From Geotalea daltonii FRC-32 (GTDB lineage: Bacteria > Desulfobacterota > Desulfuromonadia > Geobacterales > Geobacteraceae): DNA of 32,000 nt. The notes beneath the pieces are model-generated. The model did not search any database, was not told the origin of the DNA, and saw only the letters and a list, made by a program, of their open reading frames with translations. This document shows positions 1 to 7,245 of the stretch, piece by piece; the first letter of the stretch is position 1, and every line of letters begins with the position of its first letter. The stretch spans positions 2,580,001 to 2,612,000 of the forward strand of contig NC_011979.1 in the NCBI RefSeq assembly GCF_000022265.1. Direction: 5' to 3'. A program made the translations under genes and the position numbers.

Positions 1-1
1 T

Positions 2-1351
2 AACGAGGAAGGGCTGTGCCGGATGATGGAGGCGGTCCTGCTTGATAACGGCTATAGGACCAAGTCGTACCTGAGATCCTTCGAGGCGGTGGAGGAGTTC
101 GAGGCGGGACAATGGGACCTGGTGGTTACGGATATAAAAATGCCGGTGATGGATGGACTGGAAGTACTGCAAAGGCTGAAGGTGAAGGATCCTGCCATCC
201 CGGTAATCATGGTGACAGCGTATGCCACGGTGGAAATGTCCATTCAGGCTCTACGCCGTGGTGCCTATGACATGTTGACCAAACCCTTCGAACCGGAGGA
301 GCTCCTGTATCGGGTGAAAAACGCCCTGAAACATAACCAGTTGATCGTGGAAAACCGGGAATTGCGGGAAGAACTGGTGGGAAAATTCCGCTTTGACAAT
401 ATCATCGGCGCTTCCGACTCGCTTAAAGCAGTACTGGAAAGGGTGGAGAAAATTGCCATCAGGGACACCTCGGTTTTGATCACCGGCGAGTCCGGAACCG
501 GGAAGGAGTTGATCGCCCAGGCCATCCACTACAACTCCCTGCGCAAGGAAAACAAGTTCATGGCCATCAACTGTGGCGCCCTGCCGGAATCACTGCTGGA
601 AAGTGAACTTTTCGGCTACAAAAAGGGTGCTTTCACCGGGGCCAAGGAGAACCGACAGGGGCTTTTGGAGGCGGCAGACGGCGGAACCCTTTTCCTCGAC
701 GAGGTTGGGAACCTGCCCATGAATGTGCAGAAAACCCTGCTCAGATTCCTCCAGGAACAGGAATTTCATCGGATTGGCGATACAACCCCGACCAAGGTGG
801 ATGTCCGCATACTCTCTGCCACAAACTCTGATCTGAAGCAGGCAGTTAAAAACGGAGGGTTCCGTGAGGATCTCTACTATCGGCTTAATGTGGTAAATAT
901 TCACCTTCCCCCCCTGCGTGAAAGGAAAGCGGATATCCCCCTGCTGGCAGCCCACTTCATTGCCCTGCAGAACAAGAAGTTCGATACCTCTATCAAGGGC
1001 CTTTCCCCTGAGGCGATGGAGGCAGTTCTTTCATATGACTGGTCAGGCAATATCCGCCAGTTGAAAAATGTGATCGAGGCATGTCTCGCCATGGAGACCG
1101 GCGAATACATCGGCCTGCCTATCATCTCCCAGTTCATAGAGCTTCCTTCCACCCATGAAGAAGGCCAGACTTCGCTGGATGAGGGAGAATACAACAGGGC
1201 TCTTTCCCGCTTCGAAACCGATTATCTGAAGGGACTGCTGCGCAAGAACTGCGGCAACATAGAGGCCGCGGCCCGCGAGGCTGGCATGAACATGGCTACC
1301 ATCTACCGCAAGATCAAGAAATACAACATCAAGAAAGAAGACTACTGCTGA
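2..1351 (+). CDS. sigma-54-dependent Fis-family response regulator (NtrC-type enhancer-binding protein), N-terminus cut by window edge
   Basis: Receiver-domain fragment (DLVVTDIKMPVMDG, TKPF). AAA+ sigma-54 interaction domain with Walker A GESGTGKE, GAFTGA loop and Walker B LFLDEVG. C-terminal Fis-type HTH (NMATIYRKIKKY). The frame stays open back to position 2 (NEEGLCRMM...), so the true start is upstream of the window. Confidence 0.93.
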   Translation, partial: NEEGLCRMMEAVLLDNGYRTKSYLRSFEAVEEFEAGQWDLVVTDIKMPVMDGLEVLQRLKVKDPAIPVIMVTAYATVEMSIQALRRGAYDMLTKPFEPEELLYRVKNALKHNQLIVENRELREELVGKFRFDNIIGASDSLKAVLERVEKIAIRDTSVLITGESGTGKELIAQAIHYNSLRKENKFMAINCGALPESLLESELFGYKKGAFTGAKENRQGLLEAADGGTLFLDEVGNLPMNVQKTLLRFLQEQEFHRIGDTTPTKVDVRILSATNSDLKQAVKNGGFREDLYYRLNVVNIHLPPLRERKADIPLLAAHFIALQNKKFDTSIKGLSPEAMEAVLSYDWSGNIRQLKNVIEACLAMETGEYIGLPIISQFIELPSTHEEGQTSLDEGEYNRALSRFETDYLKGLLRKNCGNIEAAAREAGMNMATIYRKIKKYNIKKEDYC

Positions 1352-1389
1352 TTAACTGAAGAATTCACCTTTCCCCGTATTTGCAGATT

Positions 1390-1535
1390 TGCAAAAAACA
1401 ATAGTGGCTTCGCATTTCTGCAAAAAGCACCATGTATGTCCCCTCCATCAATGTAACTTCATAATAATACAATGCTTTTATGGTTCATGCTATCACCTGG
1501 AACCTGTTAATCTGCCTTGCACATCTGCAAAAGGC
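1390..1535 (+). promoter_or_regulatory. candidate enhancer (UAS) region with a repeated TGCAAAA core
   Basis: TGCAAAA occurs at 1390-1396, 1419-1425 and 1526-1532. Two copies extend to TCTGCAAAArGC (1417-1428, 1524-1535). They lie 70-230 bp upstream of the -24/-12 element and directly after the activator gene. No binding data. Confidence 0.3.
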
Positions 1536-1606
1536 CGCCCCTCCATTTTTTGGATATTTCTGCCTAAGTATCTGTTACGTAAAGTATTTATTGTTAGTTT
1601 TCCCTT

Positions 1607-1621
1607 TGGTACGGGGGTTGC
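1607..1621 (+). promoter_or_regulatory. sigma-54 (-24/-12) promoter
   Basis: TGGTACGGGGGTTGC matches TGGCAC-N5-TTGC with exact GG-N10-GC spacing and one mismatch. It sits in a non-coding gap next to an enhancer-binding protein gene, about 120 nt upstream of the first ORF of a co-directional cluster. Confidence 0.7.
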
Positions 1622-1744
1622 TTATACTGTTTACAGTTGCTCCTTTCATTGTAGGGGATGATATCGGTGATGTTGGGAGGCTGATCCGATGTCATCCTGT
1701 ACAGCTACCAGCAAAGCCTTCAGGCTTACACATATGAGGTCCCA

Positions 1745-1936
1745 ATGAAGGTTGAGACAGTTTGTCCCTTCTACGGAAAAAACGATGACTTTTGCGATGT
1801 GGGGTGCGGTTACATATCGCCGCACGACGTCAATCAGATCATAAAGTATTGCAGTTGTCGGTACAAAGAGTGTCTGAAATACCAGGAACTGTCTGACCGA
1901 CTGCCCAAGGAAAGTTTCGAACCAGCAAAATGCTGA
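1745..1936 (+). CDS. cysteine-rich 63-aa hypothetical miniprotein
   Basis: ATG preceded by GAGG at about 7 nt. Seven Cys (positions 7, 17, 21, 36, 38, 43, 63) in the pattern CPFY..FCDVGCGY..YCSCRYKEC...AKC. No signal peptide or TM segment. It is the first ORF after the -24/-12 element. No family recognised. Confidence 0.65.
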   Translation: MKVETVCPFYGKNDDFCDVGCGYISPHDVNQIIKYCSCRYKECLKYQELSDRLPKESFEPAKC

Positions 1937-1956
1937 TTTACTAAGGAGGTAACACC

Positions 1957-2079
1957 ATGCTTTACAATCTTAGTCTGCATCTCAATGCTTTTTATGTGCC
2001 TGCAGCAATGACTCTGGCAGGAGCTTTTGTATTTATTTCACTTATAAAGGAGAAAAAAGATGAGCGAAAAAGAGCTTGA
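1957..2079 (+). CDS. 40-aa single-TM micro-ORF (not in the supplied ORF track)
   Basis: Strong SD AAGGAGG 6 nt before the ATG at 1957. Translation is MLYNLSLHLNAFYVPAAMTLAGAFVFISLIKEKKDERKRA*, a hydrophobic helix followed by a basic tail. It overlaps the next ORF by 20 nt. Confidence 0.5.
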   Translation: MLYNLSLHLNAFYVPAAMTLAGAFVFISLIKEKKDERKRA

Positions 2080-2311
2080 ACTGTTGGCAAGGATTGAGGA
2101 CCTGGAGCGGCACACTTGGCGTAACAGTGCAATTCTCAGGGCAGTGGCAATGGTTTCCTTTACCGCTCTTTTCGGCATTATCATCGCCTCCGGTGTAGTG
2201 GGTGGCGGTCGTGGCAGCCATTGGTCAGGTCCGGCCTGGAACACCATGTGGCTTTATGGGCTGTTTGCCGCGAATGCGGTGTCGATGTTCTGGACCACCC
2301 ACAAAGAATAA
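2060..2311 (+). CDS. 83-aa hypothetical membrane protein (N-terminal charged helix plus two hydrophobic segments)
   Basis: AAGGAG SD 6 nt upstream of the ATG. MSEKELELLARIEDLERH is followed by two predicted TM segments (AILRAVAMVSFTALFGIIIASGVV and WLYGLFAANAVSMFW). No family recognised. Confidence 0.6.
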   Translation: MSEKELELLARIEDLERHTWRNSAILRAVAMVSFTALFGIIIASGVVGGGRGSHWSGPAWNTMWLYGLFAANAVSMFWTTHKE

Positions 2312-2362
2312 GGCGGCTTCGTCAAAAGTCCATCTGCTGCCTTCTGCTGCACCTTCCTTCAC

Positions 2363-2386
2363 TGCGGCGTAGCGCTGCTACGCCTC
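2363..2386. repeat. short palindromic (REP-like) hairpin, copy A
   Basis: TGCGGCGTA-GCGCTGC-TACGCCTC has stem GGCGTAGC/GCTACGCC. The same arms TGCGGCGTA...TACGCCTC recur at 13872-13894 with a different loop. Confidence 0.55.
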
Positions 2387-2475
2387 ATTCGGAAGTCACA
2401 GCACGCGTTGCATATGGAGCTTTTTACTGTGCCGCTGGAAAAACATCAACACTAACTCTTGGAGGTATACATATC

Positions 2476-3525
2476 ATGCCGATGAAATTAACTAACATAA
2501 TTCTGCTTCTGGTCGTGGTGACGCTGTGCTCTGCGTTCTCCATGCGCATTTTCCAGGGCCTCGACGAGATGATGGGGGATCAGTACTGGGTTGTGGACAC
2601 CACCCAGGGTGATCACGGCTGGTATGCTATGGGACTTCTGCCCCATGTGAAAAAAGTGCCCAAGGATATTGTCAAGGCTGCAAACACTGATCCTAACGTT
2701 AAAGAAAAATATGTCATCTATGCCCAGAGCGGCGATTTTGCCGGCAACTCCGTTTACGGCATCTGCTTCGGTATTCCTCTTATCATGTACCTGATCTGGT
2801 TTGCCTTTATCCTTGGATTTCCCGATCGGGTCGACCCCTACCTCCTGCCGAGGAGGATCTTTACCCTGGCGGCCATCACCATCTGTTCTATCCTGGTAAA
2901 CCTGTTCCTGATGAGGATTGCAGCTGACTTTGCCCGCGATCCGATGGCCCGCATCGCCAACGTTGCCGGCAATCATGCTTCACTCCTTTTTCACAATGCC
3001 GGCATCTGGTTTGCCATTCTCTTCTCGGCCCTCGGCACACATAACCACAACGCCCAGGAATCTGCCGCCCCTGACAGCCGCAATTGGCAGACTCAGGCAA
3101 ATGAGAAGTTTTCCTGGATGTTCACCCTGTTGGCCGCCGTTACCGTTCTTGAGGTTGTGCTGGTCAAAAACAAGCTTGCCCTGCCTGACGCAGCTGTCGA
3201 TTATTCCGTATGGATCATCTGGGTGGTCATCTTCATGCGCATGTACGGCTTCTCTCCCAAATACTGGATGAAGCGTGGTCGCGGCATTGCCATCATGGTG
3301 GTAGGTACCTTATTGACACTTCCGGTCTTCTACCTCCTGGAAAGGGCCACCGGCACCCTCGGAGCTGGCTTCGCTTCACCGATCCTCACCAAAGCGCTCG
3401 GTGCCGAAAATTCCAACATCGGTCTTTCCCTGATGGTCTCAATTTATCTTATCTTCTGGATGGAATTTGCTACGGCGATCCGGATGAATGGTCCGGCGAA
3501 GTCTGCCGCGGTGGAGAAACACTAA
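2476..3525 (+). CDS. 349-aa polytopic membrane protein of unknown function
   Basis: ATG at 2476 is preceded by GGAGG. The product has an N-terminal anchor (IILLLVVVTLCSAF), a hydrophilic segment of about 75 aa, then about 7 further hydrophobic helices. The upstream part of ORF 2221-3525 crosses the hairpin repeat and looks non-coding. Confidence 0.75.
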   Translation: MPMKLTNIILLLVVVTLCSAFSMRIFQGLDEMMGDQYWVVDTTQGDHGWYAMGLLPHVKKVPKDIVKAANTDPNVKEKYVIYAQSGDFAGNSVYGICFGIPLIMYLIWFAFILGFPDRVDPYLLPRRIFTLAAITICSILVNLFLMRIAADFARDPMARIANVAGNHASLLFHNAGIWFAILFSALGTHNHNAQESAAPDSRNWQTQANEKFSWMFTLLAAVTVLEVVLVKNKLALPDAAVDYSVWIIWVVIFMRMYGFSPKYWMKRGRGIAIMVVGTLLTLPVFYLLERATGTLGAGFASPILTKALGAENSNIGLSLMVSIYLIFWMEFATAIRMNGPAKSAAVEKH

Positions 3526-3549
3526 GATCAGTCGATGGTAGAATGGTTA

Positions 3550-3591
3550 CAAAAAACGGCAGCGAATTTTTTCGCTGCCGTTTCTTGTTTT
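3550..3591. terminator. bidirectional Rho-independent terminator
   Basis: AAAAAA-CGGCAGCGAA-TTTT-TTCGCTGCCG-TTTCTTGTTTT has a 10-bp perfect stem flanked by an A-run and a T-run. It lies between convergent genes. Confidence 0.85.
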
Positions 3592-3610
3592 CTGCAACTG
3601 ATAGGGACCG

Positions 3611-3964
3611 TTACTCGGTTTTTTCCTTCGAGCCATCTGGTTTCTTCTGGTCGCGATGGCAACGCACGCAATTGTCGGCGATCTTGAAGGCCTTCTTGCC
3701 GTCGTGGCATTTGCCGCAGTATTTGCCGGCGTAGAGATCACTCATGACTATTTTTACGCTACCTTTCTTCATTTCAGGGAATACGGCGGGATTATGGCAG
3801 TCGCCACAGGTGATGCCGGCGTTTTTATGAGCCTGTCCGTTGAAGACCACAACCCCTTTCGGGCTCCCGGTAAACTCTACTACCTTGTCCTCTCCCACGG
3901 CATAGGCTGTACCGGTGAAAGAGAGGGCAATAATGGCGGTTGCCAGCAGGGCGTTTGCTTTCAT
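3611..3964 (-). CDS. periplasmic triheme c-type cytochrome (cytochrome c7/c3 family)
   Basis: Signal peptide MKANALLATAIIALSFTGTAYA. Three CXXCH motifs (CGDCH, CGKCH, CVRCH) in a mature protein of about 95 aa. Confidence 0.9.
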   Translation of the reverse strand: MKANALLATAIIALSFTGTAYAVGEDKVVEFTGSPKGVVVFNGQAHKNAGITCGDCHNPAVFPEMKKGSVKIVMSDLYAGKYCGKCHDGKKAFKIADNCVRCHRDQKKPDGSKEKTE

Positions 3965-4028
3965 CTTGGCTTCTCCTTTGACATATTAATATTAGTCTGA
4001 ATTAACTATGCCATTGGATGAATCAATG

Positions 4029-4697
4029 TCAAGAATCGGCCTCCATCCGGGAACTGGCTGATATATCAAGGGATTGTAGTGTTTCCTCCAGGTATAGTAT
4101 GAGGTTGACCACATTGTCTCTGAATTCAGCCGGTACCTCTGGCACGCCAGCCAGTGCAGTATCTAGACGTCTTGCTGCAGAAAGGCTGGCCTTGACCGGG
4201 ATCAGGGGGTCCGGCTCCTCGGTGTCGTGGCCGGCTGCCACTTCCTTGAAGCGCTTGAGGACTGTCGGGTGACTCCGCTCCTCTTCGACGATGCTTTTGC
4301 GCAACTGGGCATACTCATCGTCACTGAAGCCCTTTTCTTCCTTGGCCTGGCGTAGCAGGTCCACAGAACGAAAGTCAGGCAAAGGCTTCAATGGATTGCG
4401 CTGGGTCAAGAGCTCCGGTTCCTGCTTTTCCATGTAGCGGTAGGCGAGGGTGAGCTTTTCAGCAGTTCCTTTCTTGATGCGGATCTCCTGGACACAATAA
4501 TCCTCGAAGCTCTGATAACCCCATTCCCGGAAGTGACCACGGGAACTCACCTGCAGCAGTTTGTCCCCCAATTCCACCCAAGACGACTTGAATTTTTTTG
4601 CGGTGTCCAGCACTTGATAACGCTCGGATTCGGGATCCAGCTGCTCCATGATCTTTTCGATGTGGCGTTCGCCGCTTGATTGTGGCATGTCGGTCAT
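4029..4697 (-). CDS. hypothetical cytoplasmic protein (222 aa from ATG 4697; TTG at 4724 is an alternative start)
   Basis: Long ORF with GC-rich third positions. GGAGAA SD about 7 nt upstream of the ATG giving MTDMPQSS. Acidic and helical, with no TM segment. Encoded immediately upstream of the cytochrome on the same strand. No family recognised. Confidence 0.7.
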   Translation of the reverse strand: MTDMPQSSGERHIEKIMEQLDPESERYQVLDTAKKFKSSWVELGDKLLQVSSRGHFREWGYQSFEDYCVQEIRIKKGTAEKLTLAYRYMEKQEPELLTQRNPLKPLPDFRSVDLLRQAKEEKGFSDDEYAQLRKSIVEEERSHPTVLKRFKEVAAGHDTEEPDPLIPVKASLSAARRLDTALAGVPEVPAEFRDNVVNLILYLEETLQSLDISASSRMEADS

Positions 4698-4837
4698 GAT
4701 TCGTTTCTCCATGTTTTGGTGCAAAGCAAGGTAGCAGAAGGAAGGCTCTTTTTGAAGTATTTTTAGCTTGGTTGAGGCTGGATATCAGGGTAGAATTCCT
4801 GCCTCTAAAAACCTGTCTTTTATAATGGGGTTAAACA

Positions 4838-6043
4838 ATGCAGGAACAATACAAGGTTGGACCCGAGACGGCGCGCATGCTGGCGCTGGGCCACCCATGG
4901 ATCATCGCCGACTCGTATACCCGCAGATGGCCGGACGGCAAAACCGGTGAGCTCATTGAACTTGTTGACGACAACGGCCATTTTCTGGCCATGGCTTTGC
5001 TGGACCCAATTGACCGTATTGTGGCGCGGGTGTTGTCCCGCAAACGGATGCGGCTGGACAGGGAATGGCTTGGGAAAAGGCTACGCGCAGCAATCCAACT
5101 CCGTACTGACCATGCCGACCTCTCCGATTCAAATGCCTACAGGCTGGTCAATGGTGAGGGGGACGGACTGCCCGGGCTGACTGTCGACCGGTATGGCGAT
5201 TATCTAATGGTACAACTCTATTGCAGCGGCTGGCGGCCGCACCTGAAGCTTATTACCCTGGGGTTGCAGGAGCTTCTTTCGCCAAAGGGGATTTACGAGA
5301 AGGACCGGCCGCAAAAGACCAGGGAGCTTGAAGCCTCCAGCGACAATAAAATATATGGCCGCCTGCTCTGCGGCACGGCTGCAAGCCAACCCCTGCAGGT
5401 GCAGGAAAATGGTCTGAACTTCCTCGTCAACCTTGAACTGGGGCTAAATACGGGCCTTTTCATCGACCAGCGGCAGAACCGCCGCGATCTTATGGGGCGG
5501 GCCAGGGGGAAGAGGGTGCTCAACCTTTTTGCCTATACGGCTGCGTTTTCTGTTGCTGCTGCCGCTTCCGGAGCCAGTCTCGTCACCAGTGTCGATGCCT
5601 CGGCAAGTTACCTGGAGTGGGGGAAAGCCAATTTCGGCGCCAACCGTCTCAATCCCCGTCGCTATGAATTCGTCGTCGGTGACTGTTTCGATGTTTTGCA
5701 GGATATGCAACGGCAGGGGAAAAGCTATGATATCATCATCATGGACCCTCCATCCTTTTCCACCACGGCCAAAAGCCGCTTCACCACCCGCGGCGGCACG
5801 TCGGATCTGGTCGCAGCGGCTCTGCCGCTCCTTGCAGATGGCGGTCTCCTGATCACTTCCTCCAACCACCAGAAGGTGGATGTGGCGGATTATCTAAAGG
5901 AGCTGCGCCGTGGTTCACTGCAGGCCAAATGCGAACTGAGAATCACAGGACTCTTCGGTCAGCCGCCGGATTTTCCCTATCCGGTTACCTTTGCCGAGGG
6001 GCGCTACTTGAAGTATGTGATCAGTGTCAAGAATCAAGAATGA
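4838..6043 (+). CDS. rlmI: class I SAM-dependent 23S rRNA (cytosine-C5) methyltransferase, RlmI-like (PUA plus MTase)
   Basis: Collinear by eye with E. coli RlmI: GHPWI, YRLVNGEGDGLPGLTVDRYGDY, GLFIDQRQNR, RVLNLFAYTAAFSVAAA, DIIIMDPPSF, EGRYLKY. Confidence 0.85.
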   Translation: MQEQYKVGPETARMLALGHPWIIADSYTRRWPDGKTGELIELVDDNGHFLAMALLDPIDRIVARVLSRKRMRLDREWLGKRLRAAIQLRTDHADLSDSNAYRLVNGEGDGLPGLTVDRYGDYLMVQLYCSGWRPHLKLITLGLQELLSPKGIYEKDRPQKTRELEASSDNKIYGRLLCGTAASQPLQVQENGLNFLVNLELGLNTGLFIDQRQNRRDLMGRARGKRVLNLFAYTAAFSVAAAASGASLVTSVDASASYLEWGKANFGANRLNPRRYEFVVGDCFDVLQDMQRQGKSYDIIIMDPPSFSTTAKSRFTTRGGTSDLVAAALPLLADGGLLITSSNHQKVDVADYLKELRRGSLQAKCELRITGLFGQPPDFPYPVTFAEGRYLKYVISVKNQE

Positions 6044-6064
6044 AGGGTGAATAGGGAGGAAAAA

Positions 6065-6271
6065 ATGACCGAATCACGATTGACAGATCTGGAAATTCAT
6101 ATGATGCATCAGGAAAATACAATCCAGGAATTAAATGACGTGGTCATGGAGCAGCAGCGGATGATCGACCTTTTGCGCTCGGAAGTGCAGACCATCAAGG
6201 AACAGCTGCAAGCCCTGGATCCCTCTCTCAACAGGCTGCCGTCTGAAGAGGAGCCGCCTCCACACTACTGA
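6065..6271 (+). CDS. slyX: SlyX family protein
   Basis: Coiled-coil of 68 aa (LTDLEIHMMHQENTIQELNDVV...) ending in the SlyX-typical PPPHY. GGGAGG SD lies before the ATG at 6065. Confidence 0.85.
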   Translation: MTESRLTDLEIHMMHQENTIQELNDVVMEQQRMIDLLRSEVQTIKEQLQALDPSLNRLPSEEEPPPHY

Positions 6272-6294
6272 GTCTCATCACAGGAGGAATAACA

Positions 6295-7245
6295 GTGAAA
6301 CAGGCAACATTGGGCAACACAGGACTCACCATAAATCCACTCGTCTTCGGTACCTTGCCTCTCGGGCCGTTGCAGGCCGGGTTGAGCCCGGAAGAAGGAG
6401 GTCGGCTGATCCGTCATGGCCTTGAGCGGGGCATAAACTTGCTGGATACGGCTGAGCTATACCAGAGCTACCCCCATATCAAGGCGGCCCTGGATGGTTT
6501 TAAAGGCAAGGTCCATATCGTCACCAAGACCCATGCACCCGACGGCGCCCTTGCACGGGCTCATGTGGAGCGGGGCTTGCGCGAACTGGGGCTGGAATGT
6601 TTCGATGTGGTCCATCTCCATGGGGCTAAGATTGCCGATCCCTTTACTGAAAGGAAAGAGGTGCTGGAAGAACTGCTGAAGATGAAGGAAGAGGGGAAGA
6701 TTGCCCATGTGGGACTATCCTCCCATTACATATCTGCCATCCGCAAGGCTGCAGACCATCCTGAGGTCGAGGTCATTCACCCCCTGATCAACATGAACGG
6801 CATGGGGATTATCGACGGCAGCGCCGAAGAGATGTCGGCGGCCATTCGGGCCTGTAAGGCGGCCGGCAAGGGGATATACGCCATGAAAGCCCTGGCTGGC
6901 GGCAATCTGATTCCCCAGGCGCGGCAGGCGATCCGCTACGTACTCAATGTGGCGGGTGTGGATGGCGTGGCAATCGGCATGCTCTCAGAGGCTGAGATCG
7001 ACGCCAATCTTGCACTCTTTCACGACGATGTTGCAGACGAGGAAACGTGGAAAGGGTTGGAAAGCAGGCGGCGCAGCCTCAGGATCATGGGCAATTTCTG
7101 CAAAGGATGCGAGAATTGCCTCGATGCCTGTGCCAGCGGAGCATTGTCCGTAGTTGATGGAAAGGCACGGGTGAATGAGGAAACCTGCATCCTCTGCGGC
7201 TACTGCGCCGCCTCCTGTCCGGAATTCGTCATTCGGGTGGTTTAG
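6295..7245 (+). CDS. aldo/keto reductase fused to a C-terminal 2x[4Fe-4S] ferredoxin domain
   Basis: AKR-like N-terminal region (GLTINPLVFGT, LDTAELY, VVHLH). The C-terminus carries CKGCENCLDAC...CILCGYCAASCP. GTG start follows GGAGGA. Confidence 0.8.
   Translation: MKQATLGNTGLTINPLVFGTLPLGPLQAGLSPEEGGRLIRHGLERGINLLDTAELYQSYPHIKAALDGFKGKVHIVTKTHAPDGALARAHVERGLRELGLECFDVVHLHGAKIADPFTERKEVLEELLKMKEEGKIAHVGLSSHYISAIRKAADHPEVEVIHPLINMNGMGIIDGSAEEMSAAIRACKAAGKGIYAMKALAGGNLIPQARQAIRYVLNVAGVDGVAIGMLSEAEIDANLALFHDDVADEETWKGLESRRRSLRIMGNFCKGCENCLDACASGALSVVDGKARVNEETCILCGYCAASCPEFVIRVV

Noticed and set aside
1389-1737. Track ORFs 1389-1661 and 1480-1737 (+) in the gap after the regulator gene
   Set aside because: They have no SD and an odd composition rich in Cys, Phe and His. 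They overlap each other and are laid over the -24/-12 promoter and the candidate enhancer repeats. The region reads better as regulatory DNA.
1934-2011. Possible selenocysteine read-through of the UGA that directly follows the terminal Cys of the 63-aa protein (a C-U-like ending; read-through would add 24 aa)
   Set aside because: I see no SECIS-like stem-loop in the 10-40 nt after the UGA. That stretch instead carries a near-perfect SD and ATG for a different frame. The extension has no recognisable selenoprotein context.
2221-2475. N-terminal 85-codon extension of ORF 2221-3525
   Set aside because: It overlaps the end of the 83-aa ORF and crosses the GC-rich REP-like hairpin. It lacks an SD, whereas the ATG at 2476 has GGAGG and starts a typical membrane anchor.
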